Shown: in pieces, positions 30,201-41,059 of the stretch
Position numbering within the stretch: the stretch's first letter is position 1
How the letters are laid out: each line of letters starts with the position of its first letter
Assembly (NCBI GenBank): GCA_963664815.2
Contig: CAXXHB010000003.1
Location: 2,880,001 to 2,944,000 of the forward strand
DNA from: Spirochaetota bacterium
GTDB taxonomy: Bacteria; Spirochaetota; UBA4802; UBA5550
Length of the DNA: 64,000 bases
Reading direction: 5' to 3'
Notes under the pieces: generated by a model
The model's input: the letters and a program-made list of their open reading frames with translations, nothing else
The model's database searches: none
What the model was told of the DNA's origin: nothing
Translations under genes and position numbers: made by a program

Positions 30201-31232
30201 TTAATCCTCCGCCATTCTGTTTTTAAGGTGATGAATAAAATCTATCTCCCCTGGATCCTCTTCATTTAAAAGCGCGAGATAATATGATACCCAATCGCAG
30301 AAATAAACAGCATCGAGAAGCCTCTCCTTGAAAGTCTCACCTTTACCCTGAATTTTTAATATATCAATTTTTTCCCCACTTAGCAACTTATTTATTATTT
30401 CAATTCGTTTCTTTATTCTTAAAAAGATATCATCATCCCAGATTGTTACAATCTTATATTTTAATCCCGAGTCTTTTACACTTTCCCATCCTGTAATTTC
30501 ATTATGGTTCATTTCAGGGTACTCACCCATCCATGCATGGATCTTGCTGTTTTCATTAAGTTGCCCTTTAAAACGTTTCCCGGCAGAATCATTCAGATCT
30601 GTTACAGAATAAATTACAGGGATATACCCCTTCAATGAAGCGGCAAATTTACATGCATCTCCATCTTCAATTCCCAATTCATCACCCTGTTTCTTAAGTG
30701 ATTGAATGATTTTCTTTACAACAATGTCCTGTGATTCAATAAGATTTAACTCCTGTATAACTCTCAGAAGAGTGAAGAAGGAGTTATACAATGCATATCT
30801 TGGCTGAAATCCAGGTTTAAGTTTTATAACAGTTGTCTTATTCTCAACTGCAAGCCTCTCTATCTCTCCTCCGGTAGTGAGTGCTATAACAATGCACCCT
30901 TTTTCAACAGCCGACTTAAAAGCGGAGATTGTTTCCTCCGTATTACCTGAATATGATGAAGCTATAACGAGAGTATTTGCTCCTGCATAGGAAGGGAGAA
31001 GATATGAACGGTTTACTATTACAGGTTTCTTAAGTTCACCATTCAGAAAGTTCCTTAAAATATCACCACTTATAGCTGAACCACCAAGACCGGTTATTAT
31101 AATGTGATCTATGTTATCTTTGTCTATTACCGGAAGACTGATATTTCTCCATGCGTTTTCAGCCTGCTGCCACGATTCGGTTATGACCTTATGAAGGTTT
31201 TTCGTATCATGAGAGAATAATGATTTATTCAT
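30201..31232 (-). CDS. Bifunctional phosphoglucose/phosphomannose isomerase (PGI/PMI, SIS domains)
   Basis: GLGGSAISG, SSYSGNTEET, QPRYAL, RFKGQLNENSK, PEMNHNE. Confidence 0.9.
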   Translation of the reverse strand: MNKSLFSHDTKNLHKVITESWQQAENAWRNISLPVIDKDNIDHIIITGLGGSAISGDILRNFLNGELKKPVIVNRSYLLPSYAGANTLVIASSYSGNTEETISAFKSAVEKGCIVIALTTGGEIERLAVENKTTVIKLKPGFQPRYALYNSFFTLLRVIQELNLIESQDIVVKKIIQSLKKQGDELGIEDGDACKFAASLKGYIPVIYSVTDLNDSAGKRFKGQLNENSKIHAWMGEYPEMNHNEITGWESVKDSGLKYKIVTIWDDDIFLRIKKRIEIINKLLSGEKIDILKIQGKGETFKERLLDAVYFCDWVSYYLALLNEEDPGEIDFIHHLKNRMAED

Positions 31233-31493
31233 TTCCTTACCATCCGGGATTATTTATTTCATTGTTAGTAGTGATACGTTTTTTATACTACATTCATTTT
31301 ATTTAAAGTAAAAAATCATAAAGCTTTATTGCAAGTATTTTTCATAACCAGTTTAATCTCAGGATTATATCCTGCATCAGGATTGAAAATATAATACATT
31401 TCTTCAATCTAAACTCTATACAATATTATGCTGCACAATCGACAAACGAAGGGTAATTTCATATTAAAATTGATTTAAATAATAAATGCGACA

Positions 31494-31522
31494 AAAAGCT
31501 GCCTGATAGTGGCAGCCTTTTT
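31494..31522 (-). terminator. Probable intrinsic terminator
   Basis: aaaaagctgcc-tgatagt-ggcagccttttt, about 30 nt after the stop of 31555..32082. Confidence 0.55.
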
Positions 31523-31554
31523 AAGGATAGATAAGTGTAGAAATGAATAATCAG

Positions 31555-32082
31555 CTATATGGCAAGTGCCTCTTTGAACGAAGAATACCAGTTTAACTCG
31601 GATTCAAAGAAATTACCTGTTATACCAATTTCCCGGTAATAGTCCATGAGTATCTTAAGGTGAACAATCTCTTTATCTTCATCACTCAAAATTTTCACAT
31701 CATCTATTACAATATTATTAAATGAATTCTCAATCCACTCAAAAAACTCACTCCCCTTATCCTTGAAAATCAGATAGCTGGAAATCATATCGAATTTCAC
31801 CGTTTCAAGAGCTTTCAGAAATTCATCATCGCTTTCATCTTTCATTGATGTAGCCATCTCTGCCTGGAAGTAATCTCCCCATGAGATAATATCAGGTGTA
31901 ACACTATATTGCGCCTCAAGCCTTACAAGCTCTTCATCTTTCATATAAGGTTTTGCAGAAATTCTATCAATAAAATCTTTTATATAAATAAGCTGCAACA
32001 TTCTTTCAGAGGTAATTCCTCTGTCATTTATTATCGGTATTATCGCCCTGTTTATCAGATTGTTCATTCTTTTCTCCTGCAT
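31555..32082 (-). CDS. Hypothetical protein
   Basis: Acidic helical protein with TPDIISWGDYFQ. The true start is probably the second Met (MNNLINR), which follows aggagaa. Confidence 0.75.
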   Translation of the reverse strand: MQEKRMNNLINRAIIPIINDRGITSERMLQLIYIKDFIDRISAKPYMKDEELVRLEAQYSVTPDIISWGDYFQAEMATSMKDESDDEFLKALETVKFDMISSYLIFKDKGSEFFEWIENSFNNIVIDDVKILSDEDKEIVHLKILMDYYREIGITGNFFESELNWYSSFKEALAI

Positions 32083-32389
32083 AAAGCTTCAAAGAGATAA
32101 ATTAAATCTCATTAAATAATCGGCAAATGCATTCTTATTAACTTAACGTTTTTTAAAAAACAGGTAAATTTTAAATAATTTATCTGAATCAAGCACTTTA
32201 ATTACAGGGAGATAATGTTTAAACCGGCCTATGATGAAATTTTAAATTATGTCTCTCTCTGTCAAATTGATATTTACTGACAAACCACAGACAGATGCAG
32301 TTAAGAACGGATCAAAACAGATGACTTTTATAATTATAATTTTCACAAATCAGATGCAGATATATTAATCATAAATAATTTTTCGAATA

Positions 32390-33226
32390 TTATGAATGAG
32401 ATTTAATTCTGTCATATATTTCGTATGGAATCGGTTTTGAAGGGAGGTAATATCCGATTTTCTCCTCCTTATCTCCATGGTAATCACTTCCGCCGGAGAC
32501 TAGCAGATTATACCTCACCGCAAGTTCAAGGAAATCGTTGATCTCTGAAGCCTTATGCATTGAAGAGTAGACTTCAAGTCCATCCACTCCGACCTCAATA
32601 AATCTTTTAAGAATGTTTTCAAACTCTATCATGTTTTTATAATTCAGAGAAACCGGATGTGCAATGATAGATACTCCCCCAGCTCCCTTAATAAGACTGA
32701 CAGCCTCTTCAAGCTTAATCCTTTCTTTTTTCACATAACCAGGTTTGCCTTTTACAAGGTATTTTTTAAAAACCTCATTTATATTATTTGCATAACCATA
32801 TTTAACAAGCACACGTGCAACATGAGGGCGACCTATCGCTCCCCCAGCGCTCTCCAGAAGTACATCCTCAACAGGAATTTCAATCCCATGTTTTTCCAGA
32901 TCTTCAATTATTCGATAAATACGCTTATCCCGGACACTCTGAAGATGAAGAGTCTTATCAATCAGAGGTGAATAACTGTAATCTATGTACAATCCAACCA
33001 GATGAAACGACCCCCCCTGGTAATCTATACTGAACTCAATCCCCGGGATTAATTCAAACTCTTTACACATTGCGTATTTCACAGCCTCTTCAAGCCCTGA
33101 AACAGTATCATGATCGGTTACAGCAAGCACTTCTACATTTCTTTTAATAGCAAAATCTATAAGTTCTGACGGTGTTCTTATCCCGTCAGATGCAGTTGTG
33201 TGACAATGCAAATCTATCATTTTCAT
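32390..33226 (-). CDS. PHP-domain metal-dependent phosphoesterase (TrpH/YciV-like)
   Basis: DLHCHTTASDG, AVTDHD, PGIEFS, GRPHVA, AHP, GGSDYHG. Start moved from 33280 to MKMIDL. Confidence 0.9.
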   Translation of the reverse strand: MKMIDLHCHTTASDGIRTPSELIDFAIKRNVEVLAVTDHDTVSGLEEAVKYAMCKEFELIPGIEFSIDYQGGSFHLVGLYIDYSYSPLIDKTLHLQSVRDKRIYRIIEDLEKHGIEIPVEDVLLESAGGAIGRPHVARVLVKYGYANNINEVFKKYLVKGKPGYVKKERIKLEEAVSLIKGAGGVSIIAHPVSLNYKNMIEFENILKRFIEVGVDGLEVYSSMHKASEINDFLELAVRYNLLVSGGSDYHGDKEEKIGYYLPSKPIPYEIYDRIKSHS

Positions 33227-33460
33227 AATTCGATTTTTCAAAAACAGAATTTTTATGTCTACAATTATTATTAAAACCATCAGTATTTAATGAGCTTTTT
33301 ACCAGGTTTAATGTGTATTTACCAATGAACTAATGTGATTAAAAATGCTCTATGATCCCCACCCTTACCGACAGTGATGCATAATAATTCTTTTTAAGAC
33401 ATAAATATATGTTCAGAGATTATAATCGTGTAAAATGATTTTAACAATACAGTTTTGATA

Positions 33461-33488
33461 TTGACATGTATCGTTAAAACAATATTCT
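33461..33488 (+). promoter_or_regulatory. Putative sigma70 promoter for ROK gene
   Basis: TTGACA-N16-TATTCT about 80 nt upstream of the start. RBS ggagg. Confidence 0.45.
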
Positions 33489-33567
33489 GAATATAGTTAA
33501 TTGAGAAATCAGAATTTATTCTGAATAAAATATAATTCATAGCATTACAACAGGTGGAGGATATTGA

Positions 33568-34521
33568 ATGTTTATAGGGATTGATATAGGTGGAACAAAT
33601 ATTAAAGGCGTTCTTACAAACAGGGATGGATTAATAATAAGTTCAGGAAACGTCCCAACTCCTGACAATACAAGAGAAATTGATAAAAGTATAGTTGCGC
33701 TGATTGAAGTGCTCGCTTCTGCAGCAAAAACAGATAAAACTGAAATTGATGCCATAGGGATTGGCGCGGCTGGTTCAATTGACAGAAGAAGGGGGCTGGT
33801 TATTAACAGTCCGAATGTACTCTGCTGGAAAAAATATCCTCTTGCATCGAATATTGAGATGATTACCGGAATAAAGACATTCCTGGAAAATGACGCTACT
33901 GTTGCCTGCGCCGGCTTCTGGTGGGGGAATGAAAGTGAAAAGTTCAATAATTTTGTAATGGTTACTCTCGGTACCGGCATAGGGGGGGGTGCTGTTATAG
34001 ATGGTAAACTCTTTACCGGACAGAATGGAAGCTCTCTTGAAATCGGGCATATGACTATAGATGTTAACGGAAAAATGTGTGCATGCGGAAACAGAGGATG
34101 TCTTGAACTGTATGCATCCGCTACAGCACTTGTAAAATATGCTGAATCGAACCTTAAAACATATAAAAATTCATCCTTGAAAGATATAGGAAAAAAGGAT
34201 AAGCTTACAGCAAAAATTATATATGAAGAAGCGTTGAAAAATGACGAGCTTTCAGTAAAATCCATTGAATATATCTCAGTTCACCTCGGAGCAGGTATTG
34301 CAAATATTATAAATATTTTAAATCCTGAAGCAATAGTTCTTGGCGGTGGTCTTTCAAACGCTCAAAAGCTCATTATGCCAATTGTAAAGAGAACTGTCAA
34401 AGAAAGGGCAATGAATGGGATGAAAGAAAATGTTAAAATTCTTGCCGTAAAAAACCAGTCTATCATACCGGCTTTCGGAGCTGCAAAGATTGCCATGGAC
34501 AGATTAAAACATATAATGTAA
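33568..34521 (+). CDS. ROK-family sugar kinase (glucokinase-like)
   Basis: GIDIGGT, LENDA, TLGTGIGGG, EIGH, CACGNRGCLE. No HTH. Confidence 0.92.
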   Translation: MFIGIDIGGTNIKGVLTNRDGLIISSGNVPTPDNTREIDKSIVALIEVLASAAKTDKTEIDAIGIGAAGSIDRRRGLVINSPNVLCWKKYPLASNIEMITGIKTFLENDATVACAGFWWGNESEKFNNFVMVTLGTGIGGGAVIDGKLFTGQNGSSLEIGHMTIDVNGKMCACGNRGCLELYASATALVKYAESNLKTYKNSSLKDIGKKDKLTAKIIYEEALKNDELSVKSIEYISVHLGAGIANIINILNPEAIVLGGGLSNAQKLIMPIVKRTVKERAMNGMKENVKILAVKNQSIIPAFGAAKIAMDRLKHIM

Positions 34522-34670
34522 TCTCATTGGAATATATAGTACTCAACACAATAAAAATGGAATAAAGATATATCTACTACCTATTAACACTCCACTGAAA
34601 ATAATACTGGCATGTTATATTTAAGATCTTCTCCTCTTGAACTATAGCAGCTAATAAAATAATTAGGCCC

Positions 34671-34745
34671 TGTCATTTCGAACGTAGGTGAGTGCTTCGG
34701 CTCCGCTCAGCAATCGTTTATAACGGTCAGTGAGCCTGCTGAACT
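34671..34745. repeat. Degenerate REP/REPIN-like palindromic element
   Basis: gtcatttcgaacgtaggtgag followed by an imperfect inverted pair, cttcggctccgctcagcaatcg / cggtcagtgagcctgctgaac. It forms a GC-rich patch in an AT-rich spacer. Confidence 0.5.
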
Positions 34746-34944
34746 GTTCAGTCGCTACCGCTTCTTCAAAATTACAGACTATGTTCTATTTAAATCGTGA
34801 AATGTTATAAACCAGAATATATGAAAAAGTGTTTTTCATATATTCTGAACATTTTCCTTGACTTTTAACAGGTCTGCGAACTTATTGGAATATTTGATAA
34901 TCACCGCGCTTTTTTACGGATACTATAATTTCAGGATTTAATCT

Positions 34945-35976
34945 ATGGAAGAAAAACTTAATAAAATAAAACAGGAAGCGATGGAGATAATAAACTCCTC
35001 AAAATTTCTCGACGAGATTGAAGATATCAGGGTTAAATTTCTTGGAAGAAAAGGAATGCTTACACAGATACTCAGGTCACTTGGCGAGCTTTCTCCTGAA
35101 TTGAGAAACACTATCGGTAAGAAATCCAATGAAATCAAGAAAATCATTGAGGACGCTCTCGATGCTAAAAAGAATGAACTTTCAAAATCTGGTTTTAATG
35201 AAATCGCATCAACTGAATGGATTGATGTAACCCTCAATCCTGCAGTCTCCGCAAGAGAAAGAAAACAGGGTTTCCTTCACCCCCTTTCCAAAACACAATA
35301 TGAAATAGAAGACATACTTACATCCATGGGCTTTCAGATTCTTGACGGCCCGGAAGCAGAAACCGAATATTTTAATTTTGAAGCTCTTAATATTCCCAAG
35401 TTTCATCCTGCAAGGGATATGCAGGATACTTTCTGGACCGAAGACGGCAACCTGCTCAGAACACACACTTCGGCAATACAGATTCGCGGAATGGAAAAGA
35501 TGACTCCTCCTTTTCGCATTATGGCACCAGGGCGTGTTTTCAGATACGAGGCAACTGATGCATCGCATGAACATACCTTCTATCAGGTTGAAGGTATGAT
35601 GGTTGGTAAAGATACTTCCGTTTCACACCTGATATATATAATGGAAGAGGTTCTCCAGGGTATATTTAAAAGCAAGGTTAAGGTAAGACTCCGCCCTGCA
35701 TATTACCCTTTTGTTGAACCTGGATTTGATCTGGACTTCAGCTGCATGATTTGCGGAGGCAAAGGATGCCGTGTATGCAAACATTCCGGCTGGATTGAAT
35801 TCCTCGGATGCGGTCTTGTCCATCCCAACGTTCTGCGTGCCGGCAATATAAATCCCGATGAGTGGTCCGGATTCGCCTTCGGCATGGGATTGAACAGGCT
35901 TATTATGATGCAGTCAGGGATAAATGATATACGCCATTTTATGAGCGGCGACATCAGATTTGTTCATCAATTCTAA
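34945..35976 (+). CDS. pheS: Phenylalanine--tRNA ligase alpha subunit
   Basis: HPARDMQDTF, LLRTHTS, PGRVFR, YPFVEP, GFAFGMG. Confidence 0.98.
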   Translation: MEEKLNKIKQEAMEIINSSKFLDEIEDIRVKFLGRKGMLTQILRSLGELSPELRNTIGKKSNEIKKIIEDALDAKKNELSKSGFNEIASTEWIDVTLNPAVSARERKQGFLHPLSKTQYEIEDILTSMGFQILDGPEAETEYFNFEALNIPKFHPARDMQDTFWTEDGNLLRTHTSAIQIRGMEKMTPPFRIMAPGRVFRYEATDASHEHTFYQVEGMMVGKDTSVSHLIYIMEEVLQGIFKSKVKVRLRPAYYPFVEPGFDLDFSCMICGGKGCRVCKHSGWIEFLGCGLVHPNVLRAGNINPDEWSGFAFGMGLNRLIMMQSGINDIRHFMSGDIRFVHQF

Positions 35977-35994
35977 GGCAATGAGGTAGATCAA

Positions 35995-38391
35995 ATGTGG
36001 ATTTCACTTAAAATAATAGAACGCATGACTGATATATCCGGAATTACCCCGGAGGAAATAGCAGACAAACTCACAATGTGTACAGCGGAAATCGAAGGCG
36101 TAGAATATATTAACAGTTTTTTCAGAACAATCATTACAGCAAAACTAGTAAGCGTTGACCGTCATCCGGACGCTGATAAACTGACCATCTGTGTCGCTGA
36201 CACAGGAACTGAGAAAATACAGGTTGTCTGCGGAGCGCCTAATCATAAAACCGGAGACATTGTTGCTCTCGCAACAGTGGGAACGAAATTCAGCGAAGAA
36301 TTTTTAATTAAAAAAACAAAAATCCGTGGTGTTGAATCAAGCGGAATGCTCTGCTCATTGAGAGAACTCGGTCTTTCTGATGATCACAGCGGTATACATA
36401 TCTTCCCGGAGAATACACCTGTTGGCAAACCACTAAGTGAAATATTCAGTGAATGGATGGATGTTAGACTTAACATAGACAACAAATCGATTACTCACAG
36501 GCCGGATTTATGGGGACATGAAGGATTTGCCCGCGAAATTGCTGCGCTCTTTGGCAGAAATTTCAGAAGACCTGTAAACAGTTCAATCATCTCCGGGATT
36601 AAAAGCAGCGACAATCTTAAAGTAAAAATAAAAAGCCCTGAAGCGGCACCAAGATACACCGCTCTCGTAGTTGATAATATAAAAATTGCCCAATCACCGG
36701 ACTGGCTCAAATCTGCAGTTACCACTCTCGGAATGAGACCTATAAACAATATAGTAGACATAACAAATTATGTAATGGCCGAAATCGGAGAACCGATGCA
36801 CGCATTCGACCGGAAAAAACTAAAGGGTAATGAAATTATGGTTCGCCTTGCAGATAAAGGCGAGAAGATTACAACTCTTGACGGCAGATCTCACGAACTT
36901 ACCCAGGAGGATATAGTTATTTCGGATGCCAGCGGTCCTATAGCTCTCGCAGGTGTAATGGGTGGAGGAAACAGTGAAGTGGAAGACAGCACAACTGGAA
37001 TAGTTCTTGAGGCTGCCACTTTCAATCCTGTAAATATACGGAAAACAGCTCAAAGGTTCGACTCAAGAACAGAAGCGGCAATGAGATTCGAAAAAACACT
37101 CTCACCGGAAATTACAGTTGATGCCATTGCAAGATGCTATGAACTCATCAAAGAGATTATTCCATGTGCCGAAGCAATCTCTTCGATAGTTGATGATTAT
37201 CCTGTTCCAATTAAAAATTCTGAAATTGATGTAAAAACAGATTATATCAGAAAAAAAATTGGCCAGAATATTGACGATAACAATATAGTTAAAACTCTCA
37301 CGGCTCTTCAGTTTGAAGTAAAAAACGATGAAGGAAACCTGCATATTACAGCACCACACTTCAGGTCAACTAAAGATATCACCATGAAAGACGACATAGT
37401 TGAAGAGGTGGGGCGGATTTTCGGATACAGGAATATTGAACCGACGCCCCCATTTGTTGCATGCGTTCCCCCTGTTAAAAATCTTTTCAGGTATTTCGAA
37501 AGAGATGTTAAAAACATACTGACTCAATCCTTCAGCATGACAGAGGTTTCCGGATACTCTTTCACGGGTGAGGAAACCCTTAACGCTTTGAAGATCAATG
37601 AAGATAAGGAGTTGAGGCTACGAAATCCTCTTTCTATTGAGCTCGACAGACTTCGCCGGAGCCTTGTGCCTAATATTCTGCATTTCATTAAATACAACCA
37701 GAGATTCTATGATAATTTCGATCTTTTTGAACTCGGCAGGGTCTACCTTAAAGATGAGCGTAAATCTTCCGATCTTCCCTATGAAAATTTCAGAACTGCC
37801 GGGACAGTATTCATGAAAAAACCGGAGACCCCTGTATTCTTTGAGGCTAAAGCTGTTGCAGTCGGATTAATTGAAAAGCTAAGAATAAAAAATTATAAAC
37901 TGATCCCGGCAACTGACTCTCTCCCATCCTACGCTCACCCAGGGAGATCAATGAAAATTGAGGTTGATGGGAAAAATGCAGGCCTCATATTTGAAGTTCA
38001 CCCGGAAATATCACAAGTGTACGAGTTAAACGGTAAGGCTGCGATCTTTGATCTGGATCTTAACATACTTTTCAACGCAGAAAAAAATCCGGTGAAATTC
38101 AGTGAACTTCAGAAATACCCCGAAGTTCCTTTTGAAATCTCAGTAGTTGCAGATAAACAGACCTATAGTGAAGAGATTCTGAAAATTGCAAGAAAGTCTG
38201 ATAAAAACAGAATTATCGAAGCAAGGGTTATATCTGTTTATGAAGGATCACAGCTTCCGAATGACAAAAAATCAGTATCGATAAAGATAGTTTTCGCATC
38301 GAAAGAAAAGACCCTTGAGCCACAAGAGATTGATGAACTTCAGAAAAAAGTGATATCTTGTCTGAATAAAGAAGGTTATACTCTGCGATGA
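35995..38391 (+). CDS. pheT: Phenylalanine--tRNA ligase beta subunit
   Basis: HPDADKL, VVCGAPN, IRGVESSGMLCS, RPINNIVDITNY, EEVGRIFGY and a C-terminal FDX-ACB domain. Confidence 0.98.
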   Translation: MWISLKIIERMTDISGITPEEIADKLTMCTAEIEGVEYINSFFRTIITAKLVSVDRHPDADKLTICVADTGTEKIQVVCGAPNHKTGDIVALATVGTKFSEEFLIKKTKIRGVESSGMLCSLRELGLSDDHSGIHIFPENTPVGKPLSEIFSEWMDVRLNIDNKSITHRPDLWGHEGFAREIAALFGRNFRRPVNSSIISGIKSSDNLKVKIKSPEAAPRYTALVVDNIKIAQSPDWLKSAVTTLGMRPINNIVDITNYVMAEIGEPMHAFDRKKLKGNEIMVRLADKGEKITTLDGRSHELTQEDIVISDASGPIALAGVMGGGNSEVEDSTTGIVLEAATFNPVNIRKTAQRFDSRTEAAMRFEKTLSPEITVDAIARCYELIKEIIPCAEAISSIVDDYPVPIKNSEIDVKTDYIRKKIGQNIDDNNIVKTLTALQFEVKNDEGNLHITAPHFRSTKDITMKDDIVEEVGRIFGYRNIEPTPPFVACVPPVKNLFRYFERDVKNILTQSFSMTEVSGYSFTGEETLNALKINEDKELRLRNPLSIELDRLRRSLVPNILHFIKYNQRFYDNFDLFELGRVYLKDERKSSDLPYENFRTAGTVFMKKPETPVFFEAKAVAVGLIEKLRIKNYKLIPATDSLPSYAHPGRSMKIEVDGKNAGLIFEVHPEISQVYELNGKAAIFDLDLNILFNAEKNPVKFSELQKYPEVPFEISVVADKQTYSEEILKIARKSDKNRIIEARVISVYEGSQLPNDKKSVSIKIVFASKEKTLEPQEIDELQKKVISCLNKEGYTLR

Positions 38392-38498
38392 AGTTTTCAA
38401 TACTGCTGTTGTTATCTGCTAAACATTTTTACCTCTTTAGAAACTGGCGGGAGCGATTAGCATGTGAATGATTAAAAAATATAAACTATTACCTTTTA

Positions 38499-38537
38499 AA
38501 ATAAAAGCTGACAGAGATGTCAGTTTTTATTTTTTTA
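38499..38537 (+). terminator. Probable terminator after pheT
   Basis: aataaaagctgaca-gaga-tgtcagtttttatttttt. Confidence 0.5.
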
Positions 38538-38580
38538 TTGTTGAATTATTGATATTTAATTTATCATCATTATACTAATT

Positions 38581-39321
38581 ATGGTAAACGATAATTTAAT
38601 AATTGCACCGGGAATCCCGGGGAAAAATACAGCATCATGGACGGAACAGGATTTCAAACTTGCCATTAAAAAATTCAGGCAAAACGCTCCCACTGCTCCA
38701 CTCCCGAGATTATATGAAGCCTACAAATGGCTTAAAGAACATATTGATATACATGATAACGAATCTGATAAGCAATTCACATATTTCATTGAACACTTTT
38801 TGCAAATACTTGAGAAACGCGGAGCCGGCAACAGCGAAATATACAGTGAAGTTCTGAGAGATTCCGCTGAATATAAATATTTAAAAGAGCTTTTCCACAG
38901 CAGCAAAGAAGAGGATAAAGAACCGGAACCGGAAACAATAATTCAGAAAGCTGAACATCCTGTTCTTAAAGAAAAAAAGATTACACTTAAAAGTATATTA
39001 CGACAAAAAAATCCATCTCTCTCTGTTTATGACATCAATTCATGGAATAAACTTGTAAATGAGCATCTCAGAAGTTTTGCAACTGAAGAATCCTTTGTAA
39101 AAAACTGTTCCAGTATAATCTCCAATATTAATAAAACACCTGATAAAGAACCATTTCACCTGGAAATAGTAATCGTTTATGCATTAGAAATGATTCAGCT
39201 ATATAAGAAACCGTCACTTAAAACAAAAGATTTCGCATTGAAACTATTAAATCTTATGACAAATAAAATGGAAATATGGACAGTATTGCATAAAGAATAC
39301 CTGGAAATTATTAAAAAATAG
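38581..39321 (+). CDS. Hypothetical protein
   Basis: 246 aa ORF filling the gap. No recognisable motif. Confidence 0.65.
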   Translation: MVNDNLIIAPGIPGKNTASWTEQDFKLAIKKFRQNAPTAPLPRLYEAYKWLKEHIDIHDNESDKQFTYFIEHFLQILEKRGAGNSEIYSEVLRDSAEYKYLKELFHSSKEEDKEPEPETIIQKAEHPVLKEKKITLKSILRQKNPSLSVYDINSWNKLVNEHLRSFATEESFVKNCSSIISNINKTPDKEPFHLEIVIVYALEMIQLYKKPSLKTKDFALKLLNLMTNKMEIWTVLHKEYLEIIKK

Positions 39322-39325
39322 GGAA

Positions 39326-39850
39326 TTACAAAAAATATTTCAGTTCCAGATAGGACCTTCTCTCAAATTTTGTAAGCCCGAGTTTTGAAGCAGTAACAAA
39401 TAATTCCTGTTCTATATCTTCTTTCATCTCACCTATTTTTTCAATCTCCACAAATGTTCCAAGACCATCAACATAATCGATTGATATTTCCATTCCATTA
39501 AATGAAAAGATCTCTCTCTCTTTTTCTATTATTCCGCTCTCAACAAAACCGAGGCTCAACAATATATTTCGCATTGTATCGAAATTATCCACCTCTGTCT
39601 CATGTTCAACCCGGGCTTTAGTAGTCGCACTGACCTTGGGACCCTTATAGGTAATCCTGCATTTATTATTAACAATACGAAGTCTCAAAGCTTCATCTGT
39701 GTCTTTAAAATTTCTTGAAGGATGGTTAAAATAAATATCACGCTCATCCCTTTTCTCAATAAAACAGGCACCAGCCACTCCAAGGAGTTTTTTAACCTTT
39801 GCATCATCATCGCAGTAGCATTTTATTTCAATCTCAAGCTTATTGTTCAT
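39326..39850 (-). CDS. cyaB: Class IV adenylate cyclase / CYTH-domain protein (CyaB-like)
   Basis: EIEIK, DIYFNHP, LRLR, TYKGPK, KERE, GTFVEIE, RRSYLEL. Start moved to MNNKLEIEIK (aggag RBS). Confidence 0.85.
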   Translation of the reverse strand: MNNKLEIEIKCYCDDDAKVKKLLGVAGACFIEKRDERDIYFNHPSRNFKDTDEALRLRIVNNKCRITYKGPKVSATTKARVEHETEVDNFDTMRNILLSLGFVESGIIEKEREIFSFNGMEISIDYVDGLGTFVEIEKIGEMKEDIEQELFVTASKLGLTKFERRSYLELKYFL

Positions 39851-39854
39851 ATCT

Positions 39855-40625
39855 TCATCTCCTGAGTGGACCGCCAATAGAGAGACCATCACCACCAATT
39901 GTTTTTCTTCTTTGTCCATTAATTTTTATTATTATACTATCTACATCATCAAATTGTGTTGCAGTATGGACAATCTGTTGAATTCTCTTTAAAAGAATAT
40001 CGCCGGCAGCCCCCTCCTCTATTGCGCTGTTAAAATCAATCTCAGCAGTCTTACCTTTAATATCGATGTTTCGAATTTTTAGATTAGATGGCACTGCCGT
40101 TATATATCCCTTATTGATCTCAGAAGCTGATGGGCCTTTTATAAGATGCTCAAGAGTCAAAGAAAGGAGCTTCTTTTCCGGCAATCTCCTCTTAACATTG
40201 CTCAGGTAGATTTTTTCACTTTTCTCGTCGAGTTTAAGGAAAAAAAGAAAAACCTCCTTTTCAGACACAGCTTCCTGTTCGTTCTTTTTTTTATCCTTTG
40301 ACAATGATGTTTTATCCATACCCGATTTATCTGTCCCGGTTATCACTTCTGATTTAACATCAACAGCTTTATCTTTTGATATTTCACCCTTTTCTTTAGC
40401 AGATTCTGTTTTTTCAGCAGCATTTTTAAAATGTGGGAGAGTCAATTCACCTTTTTCATAAAACTTATTCAGAAGCAGTACAATAACTGTAATGAGAATA
40501 ATAATGACAAGCACATAAAACGGACCGTTACTACCTCCACTACTTTGTGCAGTAACATGTTTTGGCGCTCTCATTGAAGGTTTTTTAACAGATGATTTTT
40601 TATTTCCTTTTTTTTCCGGAGACAT
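39855..40625 (-). CDS. Membrane-anchored GerMN-domain protein
   Basis: Single TM followed by LIKGPSASE..GYITAVP...AEIDF...QIVHTATQFDDVDSIIIKING. Confidence 0.85.
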   Translation of the reverse strand: MSPEKKGNKKSSVKKPSMRAPKHVTAQSSGGSNGPFYVLVIIILITVIVLLLNKFYEKGELTLPHFKNAAEKTESAKEKGEISKDKAVDVKSEVITGTDKSGMDKTSLSKDKKKNEQEAVSEKEVFLFFLKLDEKSEKIYLSNVKRRLPEKKLLSLTLEHLIKGPSASEINKGYITAVPSNLKIRNIDIKGKTAEIDFNSAIEEGAAGDILLKRIQQIVHTATQFDDVDSIIIKINGQRRKTIGGDGLSIGGPLRR

Positions 40626-40777
40626 TTGGATCCTTTTCGTTATCAATAAAATTCAGTAACAGTGAATATGTTTAAATAACATTATATGTTACCGATCACT
40701 GCTATTGTATGCCGTGATACAGATATCATTTTCAAGAACAAGCCGATGAAATAATAAGCAGTTAATTATAATAAATC

Positions 40778-40807
40778 TTGACTTCAAAGTATTATATAAA
40801 CTATAAT
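40778..40807 (+). promoter_or_regulatory. Putative sigma70 promoter
   Basis: TTGACT-N18-TATAAT upstream of the 7TM-DISM kinase. Confidence 0.4.
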
Positions 40808-41059
40808 TATACTGTTCAGGCATTTACATTTTAATGATATAATATTCAGTAATTCAGTCAGGAACTATTAATTGAATTTCGAATCAGTTTTCACTAACCG
40901 GCTTAGAAATATGATAATACAATCTGTGTTATAATTTCAGGCTTTCCTGGTTAATAATAGCTTCTTCGAAATGAATACATTATAAAATATAAATGACTGT
41001 AAAGTCATTCGAAATTAAAAACTGAATAGAATTAATCAAAATCAATAATAAGAAGCCAT

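Noticed and set aside
34780-34944. T-box leader for pheS
   Set aside because: No UGGNACC T-box sequence or terminator/antiterminator pair found.
39851-39919. N-terminal extension of CyaB overlapping the GerMN gene
   Set aside because: The domain begins at MNNKLEIEIK, which has its own RBS. The extension is an ORF-caller artefact. The same applies to PHP (33280), ilvD (44492) and greA (63621).
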